Of a DNA stretch of 64,000 nt, positions 44,963-53,527 are shown in pieces. The notes below the pieces were generated by a model that saw only the letters and a program-made list of their open reading frames with translations, made no database searches and was not told where the DNA came from. How positions within the stretch are numbered: the first letter of the stretch is position 1; every line of letters begins with the position of its first letter. The stretch is from Bacteroides sp. (lineage in GTDB: Bacteria > Bacteroidota > Bacteroidia > Bacteroidales > Muribaculaceae). Where the stretch lies: NCBI GenBank assembly GCA_023663525.1, contig JAMPHF010000001.1, positions 682,317 through 746,316 on the forward strand. The letters are read 5' to 3'. A program made the translations under genes and the position numbers.

Positions 44963-46579
44963 ATGACACGAAAGTATGACTATCTCGTAATCGGCTCAGG
45001 CATAGCCGGAATGAGCTTTGCCCTGAAGGTAGCTTCAAAAGGCCGTGTGGCTCTCGTCTGCAAGACCACCCTCGATGAAGCCAACACGGCTCTCGCCCAG
45101 GGTGGCGTGGCCTCAGTCACCAATCTCGAAGTTGATGACTTCGACAAACATATCAACGACACCATGATTGCCGGTGACTGGCTCAGCGATCCCGAGGCTG
45201 TGACCAAGGTTGTCACCGGTGCGCCAGACCAGATCAGGGAGCTGATCAGGTGGGGTGTCGAGTTCGACAAAAAGGCTGACGGGTCGTTTGACCTCCACCG
45301 TGAGGGCGGACACTCGGAGTTCCGCATCCTCCACCATGCCGACAACACCGGTTTCGAGATCCAGGAGTCGCTCATCGAGGCAGTCAGAGCCAATGAAAAC
45401 ATCGACATCTTCGAGCATCATTTCGCCATCGAGATCATCACCCAGCACCATCTCGGGAAGATTGTCACCCGCCGCACGCCCGACATCACCTGCTATGGTG
45501 CCTACGTCCTCGACACTGAGACGGGACGGGTCGATACGTTCCTCTCGCGAATCACTCTCATGGCCACCGGCGGTGTGGGTGCAGTCTACCGAACGACTAC
45601 CAATCCACTCGTGGCCACCGGCGACGGTATCGCCATGGTCTATCGCGCCAAGGGGACGGTGAAGGACATGGAGTTCATTCAATTCCACCCGACGGCCCTC
45701 TATCATCCCGGCGACCGTCCGAGCTTCCTCATCACCGAGGCCATGCGCGGCTACGGTGCGGTGCTCCGCAACCTCAAGGGGGAGGAATTCATGCACAAGT
45801 ATGATCCTCGTCTCTCGCTCGCTCCGCGCGACATCGTGGCGCGTGCTATTGACTCGGAGATGAAACTCACGGGCGATGACCATGTGTATCTCGATGTCAC
45901 CCACAAGGATCCCGAGGAGACGAAGAAGCATTTCCCGAACATCTATGCGAAATGTCTTTCGCTCGGAATCGACATCACCAAGGACTACATCCCCGTGGCT
46001 CCAGCAGCCCACTATCTCTGTGGCGGTATCAAGGTCGATGGCAATGCCGAGTCGTCCATCAAGCGTCTTTATGCCGTTGGTGAGTGTTCATGCACCGGTC
46101 TGCATGGCGGCAACCGCCTGGCTTCAAATTCGCTCATCGAGGCCGTGGTCTATGCCGATGCGGCTGCACGTCACGCCGTGGAGAATGCCCCGGACTATGA
46201 CTTTCGCACCGATGTGCCGGAATGGAACGATGAGGGCACGCGCCATCCCGAGGAGATGGTGCTAATCACCCAGAGCATAAAGGAGGTCAATCAGATCATG
46301 GGCACCTATGTGGGCATTGTCCGCTCGAATCTTCGCCTCGACCGCGCGTGGAATCGTCTCGATATTCTCTATGAGGAGACCGAGAAGCTGTTCAAGCAGT
46401 CAAAGGCTTCGCGCGAAATCTGCGAGCTGCGCAACATCATCAACGTCGGCTATCTCATCATGCGTCAGGCCAAGGAGCGCAAGGAGTCGCGCGGTCTTCA
46501 CTACACGGTGGATTATCCGCCCGTACCGCATGGTCCGGTCAAAGTGACCGAGCCGATGGCTGAGGCTGCGGTTCTGTAA
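44963..46579 (+). CDS. nadB: L-aspartate oxidase
   Basis: It has the FAD fold DYLVIGSGIAGMSFA, plus HYLCGGI, TGLHGGNRLASNSL and ESRGLHY. Confidence 0.92.
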   Translation: MTRKYDYLVIGSGIAGMSFALKVASKGRVALVCKTTLDEANTALAQGGVASVTNLEVDDFDKHINDTMIAGDWLSDPEAVTKVVTGAPDQIRELIRWGVEFDKKADGSFDLHREGGHSEFRILHHADNTGFEIQESLIEAVRANENIDIFEHHFAIEIITQHHLGKIVTRRTPDITCYGAYVLDTETGRVDTFLSRITLMATGGVGAVYRTTTNPLVATGDGIAMVYRAKGTVKDMEFIQFHPTALYHPGDRPSFLITEAMRGYGAVLRNLKGEEFMHKYDPRLSLAPRDIVARAIDSEMKLTGDDHVYLDVTHKDPEETKKHFPNIYAKCLSLGIDITKDYIPVAPAAHYLCGGIKVDGNAESSIKRLYAVGECSCTGLHGGNRLASNSLIEAVVYADAAARHAVENAPDYDFRTDVPEWNDEGTRHPEEMVLITQSIKEVNQIMGTYVGIVRSNLRLDRAWNRLDILYEETEKLFKQSKASREICELRNIINVGYLIMRQAKERKESRGLHYTVDYPPVPHGPVKVTEPMAEAAVL

Positions 46580-46621
46580 GCCGACACAATAAAAATCCGT
46601 TTTCGGGTGTTATAATAGTGT

Positions 46622-47296
46622 ATGGCAGATATTCATAGACTTAACAGATTTATCATAACGCTAATCATGACGGCTCTGTGTGCGCTCGGTGCATACAGCA
46701 GCCCTGTCATGACACCCGATGAGCCGGATGAAGAAGTCCAACCGATAAAAGTCGGCTCTGGACGTGTCAAGCCCATTCAAGGCTACTACTTCTTTGACGA
46801 TGGTGAGGATGACAATGCGCTCATGCTCGTCCTTGCGGATGTCACGGTCTATCCCCCTCTCAAATTCAAGAATAAGAAGGAGGAGGAATTCTATTGGAAA
46901 ACCGTCCGCGATGTCAAGAAGACCCTTCCGTATGCCAAACTTATCTGTGAAACGCTTATCGAGACCTACGAGTACATTGAGACTTTCCCCACGCAGAAAG
47001 AGCGCGAGGAACATCTGAAGAAGATGGAGGGGGCGGTGTTTGAGCAGTATAAACCCGCGCTCAAGAAGTTCACCAAGTCGCAGGCTCAGATGCTTGTCAA
47101 GTTAATCAACCGAGAGACCAACCAGTCGAGCTACAATATCCTAAAGGCTTTCCTCGGGTCGTTCCGTGCAGGGTTCTGGCAGACGTTCGGAAGGCTTTTC
47201 GGGGTCAATCTGAAGACATCCTACAAGCCGGAGTCTGACAGGAAAGACGCAATAGTCGAACGTGTCGCCACAATGGTGGAGCTTGGACAGCTTTAA
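46622..47296 (+). CDS. Secreted hypothetical protein (DUF4294-like, from memory)
   Basis: It has a signal peptide (LIMTALCALGAYSSP), good coding character, and a Lys/Glu-rich helical body. Confidence 0.6.
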   Translation: MADIHRLNRFIITLIMTALCALGAYSSPVMTPDEPDEEVQPIKVGSGRVKPIQGYYFFDDGEDDNALMLVLADVTVYPPLKFKNKKEEEFYWKTVRDVKKTLPYAKLICETLIETYEYIETFPTQKEREEHLKKMEGAVFEQYKPALKKFTKSQAQMLVKLINRETNQSSYNILKAFLGSFRAGFWQTFGRLFGVNLKTSYKPESDRKDAIVERVATMVELGQL

Positions 47297-47301
47297 TTTC
47301 A

Positions 47302-47540
47302 GTCGTGAGCTGACAAGGGAACATAATGACATAAGCAACAGATTTTAATTCCTTAGTCCGGCAACAGGGGGGTACATAAATTCAGAAATAACAGAAATTA
47401 CAGAATTATTTTCGGTCGATTTGAATACACATCCAAATCGACCGAAAATAATTCTGTTGCTTCTGTCCCCTTTGTCCTTTTGTCCCTTGTCAGCTAATGA
47501 CTTTATCCCTTTGTCCTTCTATGTCTTGTCAGCTAATGAC
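47302..47540. repeat. Composite/nested mosaic long-hairpin element (copy E) filling the gap between convergent stop codons
   Basis: The perfect 23-bp core stem pairs cagaattattttcggtcgatttg (47401-47423) with caaatcgaccgaaaataattctg (47434-47456). The outer arms 47302-47341 and 47455-47501 are complementary. There is an extra internal arm at 47367-47411. The direct repeat cttgtcagctaatgac occurs at 47486 and 47525. Confidence 0.85.
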
Positions 47541-47545
47541 CGTAT

Positions 47546-48325
47546 CTATCCGAGCAGGACGTCGAGTGTCATCATCAGGAGGAATCCGATTGCGAATCCG
47601 ATAGTCCCGATGTTGGAATGTTTTCCGTGTTGTGTTTCGGGAATTAGTTCCTCAACGACTACATACATCATCGCACCCGCTGCAAATGCGAGGAGATAGG
47701 GGAGGACGGGTATGACCATTGAGGCGAGCAGGATTGTTATGACAGCTCCAATCGGCTCTACGATACCGCTCAGCGCACCTATGACGAATGATTTCATGCG
47801 CGAATTTCCGGCAGTGTGGAGCGGCATTGACACGATGGCACCTTCAGGAAAATTCTGTATGGCTATGCCGACTGACAGGGCCAGTGCGCCCGCCATCGGC
47901 ATGTAGACGTTGTTTTCAAGTGCGGCGGCGAGTGCGACACCCACAGCCATACCTTCGGGGATGTTGTGGAGGGTGACGGCGAATACAAGTTTCGATGTCC
48001 TTGACAGATGGGAACTCGGACCCTCGCTCTGTCGGCTCTCGATGTGCTGGTGAGGGATCACTTCATCGAGGAAAAGCAAAAAGAAAACACCGGTGAGGAA
48101 GCCGATTATGGCCGGGAAAATGCTCGGAAACCCCTCCTTGCCTGTCATTTCTATGGATGGTATCAGCAATGACCACACCGATGCGGCGACCATCACTCCT
48201 GCGGCGAAACCGGTGAGAGCTTTCTGGAGCATGGGAGCCATGTTTCTATGCATCATGAAGACGCAGGCAGCTCCGAGAGTCGTCCCGACGAATGGCAATG
48301 CGATTCCTATAATCAATCCGTTCAT
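47546..48325 (-). CDS. zupT: ZIP-family divalent-metal (zinc) transporter
   Basis: The motifs are TLHNIPEGMAVGVAL and IQNFPEGAIVS. The protein has 8 TM helices and is 259 aa long. Confidence 0.88.
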   Translation of the reverse strand: MNGLIIGIALPFVGTTLGAACVFMMHRNMAPMLQKALTGFAAGVMVAASVWSLLIPSIEMTGKEGFPSIFPAIIGFLTGVFFLLFLDEVIPHQHIESRQSEGPSSHLSRTSKLVFAVTLHNIPEGMAVGVALAAALENNVYMPMAGALALSVGIAIQNFPEGAIVSMPLHTAGNSRMKSFVIGALSGIVEPIGAVITILLASMVIPVLPYLLAFAAGAMMYVVVEELIPETQHGKHSNIGTIGFAIGFLLMMTLDVLLG

Positions 48326-48433
48326 GTTATATGTGTGTGATGTATGTTATATATGATTATCAAACCAAACAAATGGCCGGATTGTTTGTATGAAAGCAAC
48401 CAATATTTTCAATAATCAAAATAACCCAAAGTT

Positions 48434-48664
48434 ATGGACATACAGAACATATTGTCGGAACTGACATCCAAGTTTGGCGGATCGTTTGATATAGCTGCCG
48501 TGACCGAACATCTCAAAGGCATTGACACAAGCAAGTTTTCAATGACCGAAATCATTGAAAAAGTCAAGGATTCGGGTCTCATCGGCGACCTTGACGGCGA
48601 TGGGGTGAAGGAAAACGTCATTGATGAGATCAAAGGTAAAATCGGCAGTATTTTCGGGAAATAG
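48434..48664 (+). CDS. Small acidic hypothetical protein with a DxDxDG motif
   Basis: The 76-aa product has clean coding character and contains GDLDGDGVKENVIDE. It is divergent from the ZIP transporter gene. Confidence 0.5.
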   Translation: MDIQNILSELTSKFGGSFDIAAVTEHLKGIDTSKFSMTEIIEKVKDSGLIGDLDGDGVKENVIDEIKGKIGSIFGK

Positions 48665-48847
48665 CATTGATGTAACAGGCATATAAAGATATAAGTCCGT
48701 AGGTGACACAATTTTATGGCGTGTTTCTTACGGGCTTATGTCTTTTTGTGGTCTATGAGGAACATTTTTGTAGATTGTTGCGCAGTTATATGACGCGTCC
48801 ACAAACACTTTGTGCGTGGGCTGTAATTGAGTTCTGCGAATATTTTG

Positions 48848-48855
48848 TATATTTG
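48848..48855 (+). promoter_or_regulatory. -7 promoter box TAtaTTTG directly before the porin ATG
   Basis: 'tatatttg' ends 9 nt before the ATG at 48865. If real, this implies a leaderless or very short-leader mRNA. Confidence 0.3.
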
Positions 48856-48864
48856 CAGTCACTT

Positions 48865-50841
48865 ATGAAAAAGTTACTACTGATTATCATCACGATATTT
48901 GCGATGGGAGTGAATGTGGCGAGGGCTGATGAAGAATCGCTTGATTCACTGTCCTATTCATGGCGTATGCTCGAACCGCTTGGATTGCGTGAGCGCGTTG
49001 TGCTCGATACGCTTCTGTTCAATTATCACCGCACGGCTGTTCCGTCGGCCTACAGTCCGGCGTTCGCTACGACTGGCAACCAGGCATCGGTGGGACGCAA
49101 CATGATTTTCATGGACCGCAAGCCGATGAGCGATTTCTTTTTCCGTGACGCTAAGGAGTTCTGGCTTCCGGATGCTTCCACACAGCAGTTCTACAACACC
49201 CGCATCCCGATGACGGTGGTGGGCTATAACACCGGCGGTGGTCGCGAACTTGCACAGGACTGGCTGAAGATGATATTCTCGGGCAACATCAACAAACGGT
49301 TGCAGATCGGTGCCAATCTCTCATATCCCTACTCCAAGGGTAGCTACAACTATCAGGCTGCCAAAGGTATGATATGGGGACTTTCGGGGTCATACACGGG
49401 CGACAGGTATGAATTTCAAGGATTTTTCAATGCATATAATATGCTCAATAAGGAGAACGGAGGCATCACCGACGACCTCTACATCCTCGACCCTGCCCAA
49501 CTGCAGGGCGGTGTCTCCTCCATCAATCCCAAGAGTATCCCCACCAACCTCACGGCTTCCCATTCGCGCGTGACAGGCAAGCAATTCTACATGAATCACC
49601 GCTATAAGGTGGGCTACTGGCATGAGGAAAAGGATGAGAATGACTCTGTGGTTGCACGCGAATACATTCCCGTGTCGAGCTTCATCTGGACTCTCGATTA
49701 CAAGACCGGGCGACATAAATTCACCAACACGAATGCTTCGGAGGAGGAAAAGTTCTGGACCAATCATTATTTCGATGCTGATGCGACCGCTGACAAGACG
49801 AGCTACAGCTCCTTGCGCAACACTTTAGGCATATCGCTGCTTGAGGGTTTCAACAAATATGCCAAGGCCGGACTTGCGGCTTTTGTCACCCATGAACTGA
49901 GGACATATCATCAGACCACTGACACTCTCCCAATCTCCGGCAATGAACGCCCCGAGAGCTTGACTCCCTATCCATTCGACTCACGGATGAAGGGCAAGGA
50001 GACGCAAAATCTTCTTTGGGTGGGCGCGCAGCTCGTCAAGCAGCAGGGTCATCTGCTCAACTATGAGGCTACTGCAAGTTTCGGGCTGGTCGGACCGGCG
50101 GCCGGTGAAATCAAGGTCGAAGGGAACGCTTCGACACGCATCAAAATTCTCGGCGACACTGTGACCGTCAAAGGCTACGGACATTTCAGCAACACAACAG
50201 CCCCCTATCTGATGAACAATTTCATCTCCAACCATTTTGCGTGGGAGAATGATTTCGGCAAGACACGTCGTCTGCGTTTCGGCGGCATACTCAATCTCCC
50301 TCACACGGGTACACGTGTCAATGTCGGGGTCGAGAACATACAGAATCATATCTATTTCAGCCCTGACATGCTGCCTGTGCAGAATGGCGGCAGTGTGCAG
50401 GTGTTCAGCGTGCAGCTCTGGCAGAACTTCAAATGGAGAGCGTTGAACTGGGAAAATTCCCTGACTTATCAGAAGTCGTCGGATGAGACTGTCATCCCTC
50501 TCCCGCAGTTTGCCGTATATTCCAATTTATATCTTTATTTCCGCGTGGCCAAGGTGCTTCAGGTCCAGTTGGGCGTTGACCTCGACTACTACACCCGCTA
50601 TTATGCCCCCGGCTATCAGCCATCGACAATGGCTTTCTACAATCAACGAGAGATCAAGTGCGGTAACTATCCTTTCATGAACGCCTACGCCAATTTCAAA
50701 CTCTCCCGCGCGAGATTCTTTGTGCTCTACTCCCATGTCAATCAAGGTTCATTCGGCGGTCGTGACTACTTCTCGCTGCCCCACTATCCCCTCAATCCAC
50801 GCCGATTCCAGATGGGAGTGGTGGTTGACTTCATGAATTGA
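48865..50841 (+). CDS. Large outer-membrane beta-barrel protein ('putative porin' family)
   Basis: MKKLLLIIITIFAMGVNVARA is a signal peptide. The body has alternating Tyr/Gly-rich beta-strand character and the C-terminus ends ...QMGVVVDFMN. The track start at 48703 is an upstream extension. Confidence 0.65.
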   Translation: MKKLLLIIITIFAMGVNVARADEESLDSLSYSWRMLEPLGLRERVVLDTLLFNYHRTAVPSAYSPAFATTGNQASVGRNMIFMDRKPMSDFFFRDAKEFWLPDASTQQFYNTRIPMTVVGYNTGGGRELAQDWLKMIFSGNINKRLQIGANLSYPYSKGSYNYQAAKGMIWGLSGSYTGDRYEFQGFFNAYNMLNKENGGITDDLYILDPAQLQGGVSSINPKSIPTNLTASHSRVTGKQFYMNHRYKVGYWHEEKDENDSVVAREYIPVSSFIWTLDYKTGRHKFTNTNASEEEKFWTNHYFDADATADKTSYSSLRNTLGISLLEGFNKYAKAGLAAFVTHELRTYHQTTDTLPISGNERPESLTPYPFDSRMKGKETQNLLWVGAQLVKQQGHLLNYEATASFGLVGPAAGEIKVEGNASTRIKILGDTVTVKGYGHFSNTTAPYLMNNFISNHFAWENDFGKTRRLRFGGILNLPHTGTRVNVGVENIQNHIYFSPDMLPVQNGGSVQVFSVQLWQNFKWRALNWENSLTYQKSSDETVIPLPQFAVYSNLYLYFRVAKVLQVQLGVDLDYYTRYYAPGYQPSTMAFYNQREIKCGNYPFMNAYANFKLSRARFFVLYSHVNQGSFGGRDYFSLPHYPLNPRRFQMGVVVDFMN

Positions 50842-50866
50842 TCATATTTCTCAAAATTGGATAATA

Positions 50867-50904
50867 GCAGAATAGGGATGCACGACGGTGTATCCCTATT
50901 CTGC
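50867..50904. terminator. Bidirectional intrinsic terminator between convergent genes
   Basis: A perfect 13-bp stem pairs gcagaatagggat with atccctattctgc across a 12-nt loop. Confidence 0.75.
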
Positions 50905-50937
50905 GGTCTGACAATTTCTTTAAAAGTATACGGATTT

Positions 50938-52137
50938 TTATAACCCGAAAGTGAGAGTGGTGAGGTAGCGGAATCCTGAGCCGAGGTTATTACGACCGAA
51001 TGAGAGGGTTATGTAGCCGTTGTTGCCGCCGAACCATGTCGCACCGATTGAGTTGACGGAGTTATTGACCGTCACGGGTGCGCCGTAAGTTGCCACAAGC
51101 GAGTTGTAGACATTGTTGTAGCGGGCGAGGTCATAGCCCGGGGTGGAGTAGTAGAACGATGATGTGTCAAGCCCGGAGTTGCCATAGTAGAGAGCCGCGT
51201 CGGTCCACACATAGTTTAGAGCGGTCACATTACGCAGATAGACCACATCGTTTGTGTAGCCGTCAACCGCATAGCCTGCGTTCAGCAGATAGTCGAGCGA
51301 GAGATTGATTGCCGTGCCGAATGTGAGTCCGAGAATGCCTCGGATGAAAGGCACACGGGGTGCAGGACGCCATCCGCGGGGAGGCATCGGTCTATGAATC
51401 GGGCGCAGCATTGGCGGGCGGTGGGGACGTTGAGGCGGTGCCATCATTGGTGGGCGCGGAGCTGCATGACCGCCTGATGGACGGAAGCCGGGAGCATGGT
51501 TGCCGGGCCGGTTGCCAATATGGAAACCGGGCTGATTACCGGGAGGCATATTCCCCGGACGGTGATTTCCGTGATTCACGCCGGGAGGTTGGGGAGTGTG
51601 GTTGTTGACCCCTGGACGGACACCGTTGGCTGAATTACCGCCGGGGCGGTTGGGAGTGTTGGGGCGGTTGGGAGTGTTGGGGCGGTTGGGAGTATTTGGA
51701 CGGTTGGGTGTGTTGGGAGTGTTGGGGTGGTTGGGGGTGTTGGGTCGGTTTACCGAATTACCCTGCCCCGGACGGTTATGGTTGACGTTGGTGACTCCCG
51801 GACGGTTGTTGTTTGTGCCGTTTCCCGGACGGGAAAAGCCGTTATGGCTGCCATTGTTGATTGCATTGTGGTCCGGACGGTTATGACCACTGTTGTTCAC
51901 TCCCGGGCGACCGTTGCTATGACGGGGCGATGACTGGGCAGAACTGCTGCGGGAGGGGTGTTGTGACGCTCCTGAGTGCGACTGGCGGTCACTGCTTCGG
52001 CTACGTCCGGATGAATGTTCGACACGACCACCGTTTGTGCCACGGTCATGACGACCCTGAGCCAAGATGACAGGCACTGCAAGAACTCCACAGAGCAGAG
52101 CGATGGATATGCTGCGTAAAAATTGTCTCATCTTCAT
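50938..52137 (-). CDS. Secreted His/Asn/Pro/Gly/Arg-rich low-complexity protein with a globular C-terminal domain
   Basis: It has a signal peptide (SIALLCGVLAVPVILAQG), about 260 aa of disordered repeats including (PNTPNR)n, and then a Tyr/Asn-rich domain of about 130 aa. Confidence 0.7.
   Translation of the reverse strand: MKMRQFLRSISIALLCGVLAVPVILAQGRHDRGTNGGRVEHSSGRSRSSDRQSHSGASQHPSRSSSAQSSPRHSNGRPGVNNSGHNRPDHNAINNGSHNGFSRPGNGTNNNRPGVTNVNHNRPGQGNSVNRPNTPNHPNTPNTPNRPNTPNRPNTPNRPNTPNRPGGNSANGVRPGVNNHTPQPPGVNHGNHRPGNMPPGNQPGFHIGNRPGNHAPGFRPSGGHAAPRPPMMAPPQRPHRPPMLRPIHRPMPPRGWRPAPRVPFIRGILGLTFGTAINLSLDYLLNAGYAVDGYTNDVVYLRNVTALNYVWTDAALYYGNSGLDTSSFYYSTPGYDLARYNNVYNSLVATYGAPVTVNNSVNSIGATWFGGNNGYITLSFGRNNLGSGFRYLTTLTFGL
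51643..51750. repeat. 12 tandem 9-bp units inside the repeat-protein gene
   Basis: The units read ggggcggtt gggagtgtt ggggcggtt gggagtgtt ggggcggtt gggagtatt tggacggtt gggtgtgtt gggagtgtt ggggtggtt gggggtgtt gggtcggtt. On the minus strand they encode NRP/NTP triplets. Confidence 0.9.
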
Positions 52138-52245
52138 GTCAATGGTGATTAGGGTGCATTTATATATTAGAACGTTGATAACCCTAATGGTTTAACACTT
52201 GAGAGACATAAAATTCTTTAATGAACGATAAAAAATAATCGTTCC

Positions 52246-53478
52246 TTAATTGCTGAGCTTGTCGGGATTCATGTGGAGGGTGTGACCCATGCGCTGCTGT
52301 TTGGTGATCATGTAGCGGAGATTGTAGCGGTTGGGGGCAATCTCAATCCCAACATTATCAACCACTTCAAGACCATAGCCCTCAAGACCGATGCGCTTGA
52401 CGGGGTTATTGGTTATCAGACGCATTTTCTTGATGCCGAGAAGACGGAGGATTGAAGCTCCGACACCATAATCGCGCTCGTCGGCCTTGTGTCCGAGATG
52501 AAGATTGGCGTCAACCGTGTCGAGACCCTCCTCCTGGAGCTTATAGGCCTTGATTTTTTCCATCAGACCTATGCCGCGACCTTCCTGATTGAGATACACG
52601 ATGGCACCGCGACCCTCTTTCTCGATGAGTTCCATGGCTTTGTGGAGCTGTTCGCCGCAGTCACAACGCATGGAGCCGAAGATATCGCCGGTGGCACAAG
52701 ACGAGTGGACACGCACAAGGACTGCGTCATCGCCCTTGACATCACCCTTGATGAGAGCGATGTGTTCCAGTCCGTTGCTTTTCTGACGGAAAGGGATGAG
52801 GCGGAAATGACCATAGGCGGTTGGCATATCGACTTCGACACCTTCCTCGACAAGCGACTCGGTGCGCAGACGGTAGGCTATCAGGTCACGGATAGAGATG
52901 AGTTTCAGCCCCCATTCATCAGCTTTTTTGCGGAGCTGAGGGAGACGCGCCATGGTGCCGTCCTCGTTAAGAATCTCAATGAGCGATGCTGCCGGGCTGA
53001 GTCCTGCCAGCCGGGCGAGATCAATGGCAGCCTCTGTGTGGCCTGCGCGCTTGAGGACTCCGGCATCCTGTGCATAGAGCGGATGGACGTGACCGGGGCG
53101 ACCGAACATGTCGGCTGTGGCGGTCGGGTCGGCAAGTGCGCGGATGGTGGCTGCACGGTCGTGGGCTGAGACGCCGGTGGTGCAGCCGGGGAGCAGATCG
53201 ACAGTCACGGTGAATGGTGTGCCGAGCATTGAAGTGTTGTCCTCTACCTGACGTTCGAGGCCAAGCTCATGGCAACGGGAGATTGTGATTGGCGCACAAA
53301 GCTCTCCGCGTGCATTGGTGATCATGAAATTGATGTCCTCCGGTTGGATTTTCTCGGCGGCGATTATGAGGTCACCCTCATTCTCGCGGTCTTCATCGTC
53401 AACCACAATCACAAATTTGCCTTCGCGGAAGTCGGCAATAGCATTTTCAATGTAGTCTAACTTTATATCGTTTTCCAT
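52246..53478 (-). CDS. ribBA: Bifunctional 3,4-dihydroxy-2-butanone-4-phosphate synthase / GTP cyclohydrolase II
   Basis: The motifs are [21 protein letters not shown] and [24 protein letters not shown] 53478 ([14 protein letters not shown]...) is preferred over the track start at 53547, which overlaps the upstream gene. Confidence 0.93.
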   Translation of the reverse strand: MENDIKLDYIENAIADFREGKFVIVVDDEDRENEGDLIIAAEKIQPEDINFMITNARGELCAPITISRCHELGLERQVEDNTSMLGTPFTVTVDLLPGCTTGVSAHDRAATIRALADPTATADMFGRPGHVHPLYAQDAGVLKRAGHTEAAIDLARLAGLSPAASLIEILNEDGTMARLPQLRKKADEWGLKLISIRDLIAYRLRTESLVEEGVEVDMPTAYGHFRLIPFRQKSNGLEHIALIKGDVKGDDAVLVRVHSSCATGDIFGSMRCDCGEQLHKAMELIEKEGRGAIVYLNQEGRGIGLMEKIKAYKLQEEGLDTVDANLHLGHKADERDYGVGASILRLLGIKKMRLITNNPVKRIGLEGYGLEVVDNVGIEIAPNRYNLRYMITKQQRMGHTLHMNPDKLSN

Positions 53479-53527
53479 CTCTATGTTCAAATTTTTATTG
53501 TAATTATCGGAATCCGCAACTATACTC

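Noticed and set aside
48434-48664. Canonical EF-hand in the 76-aa protein.
   Set aside because: DLDGDGVKENVI fits positions 1, 3, 5 and 6 of the loop, but position 12 is Ile rather than Glu. I therefore describe only a DxDxDG-like motif.
53479-53527. FMN riboswitch upstream of ribBA.
   Set aside because: Only 49 nt separate ribBA from the upstream lptFG-type gene. That is far too short, and none of the conserved FMN-element sequence is present.
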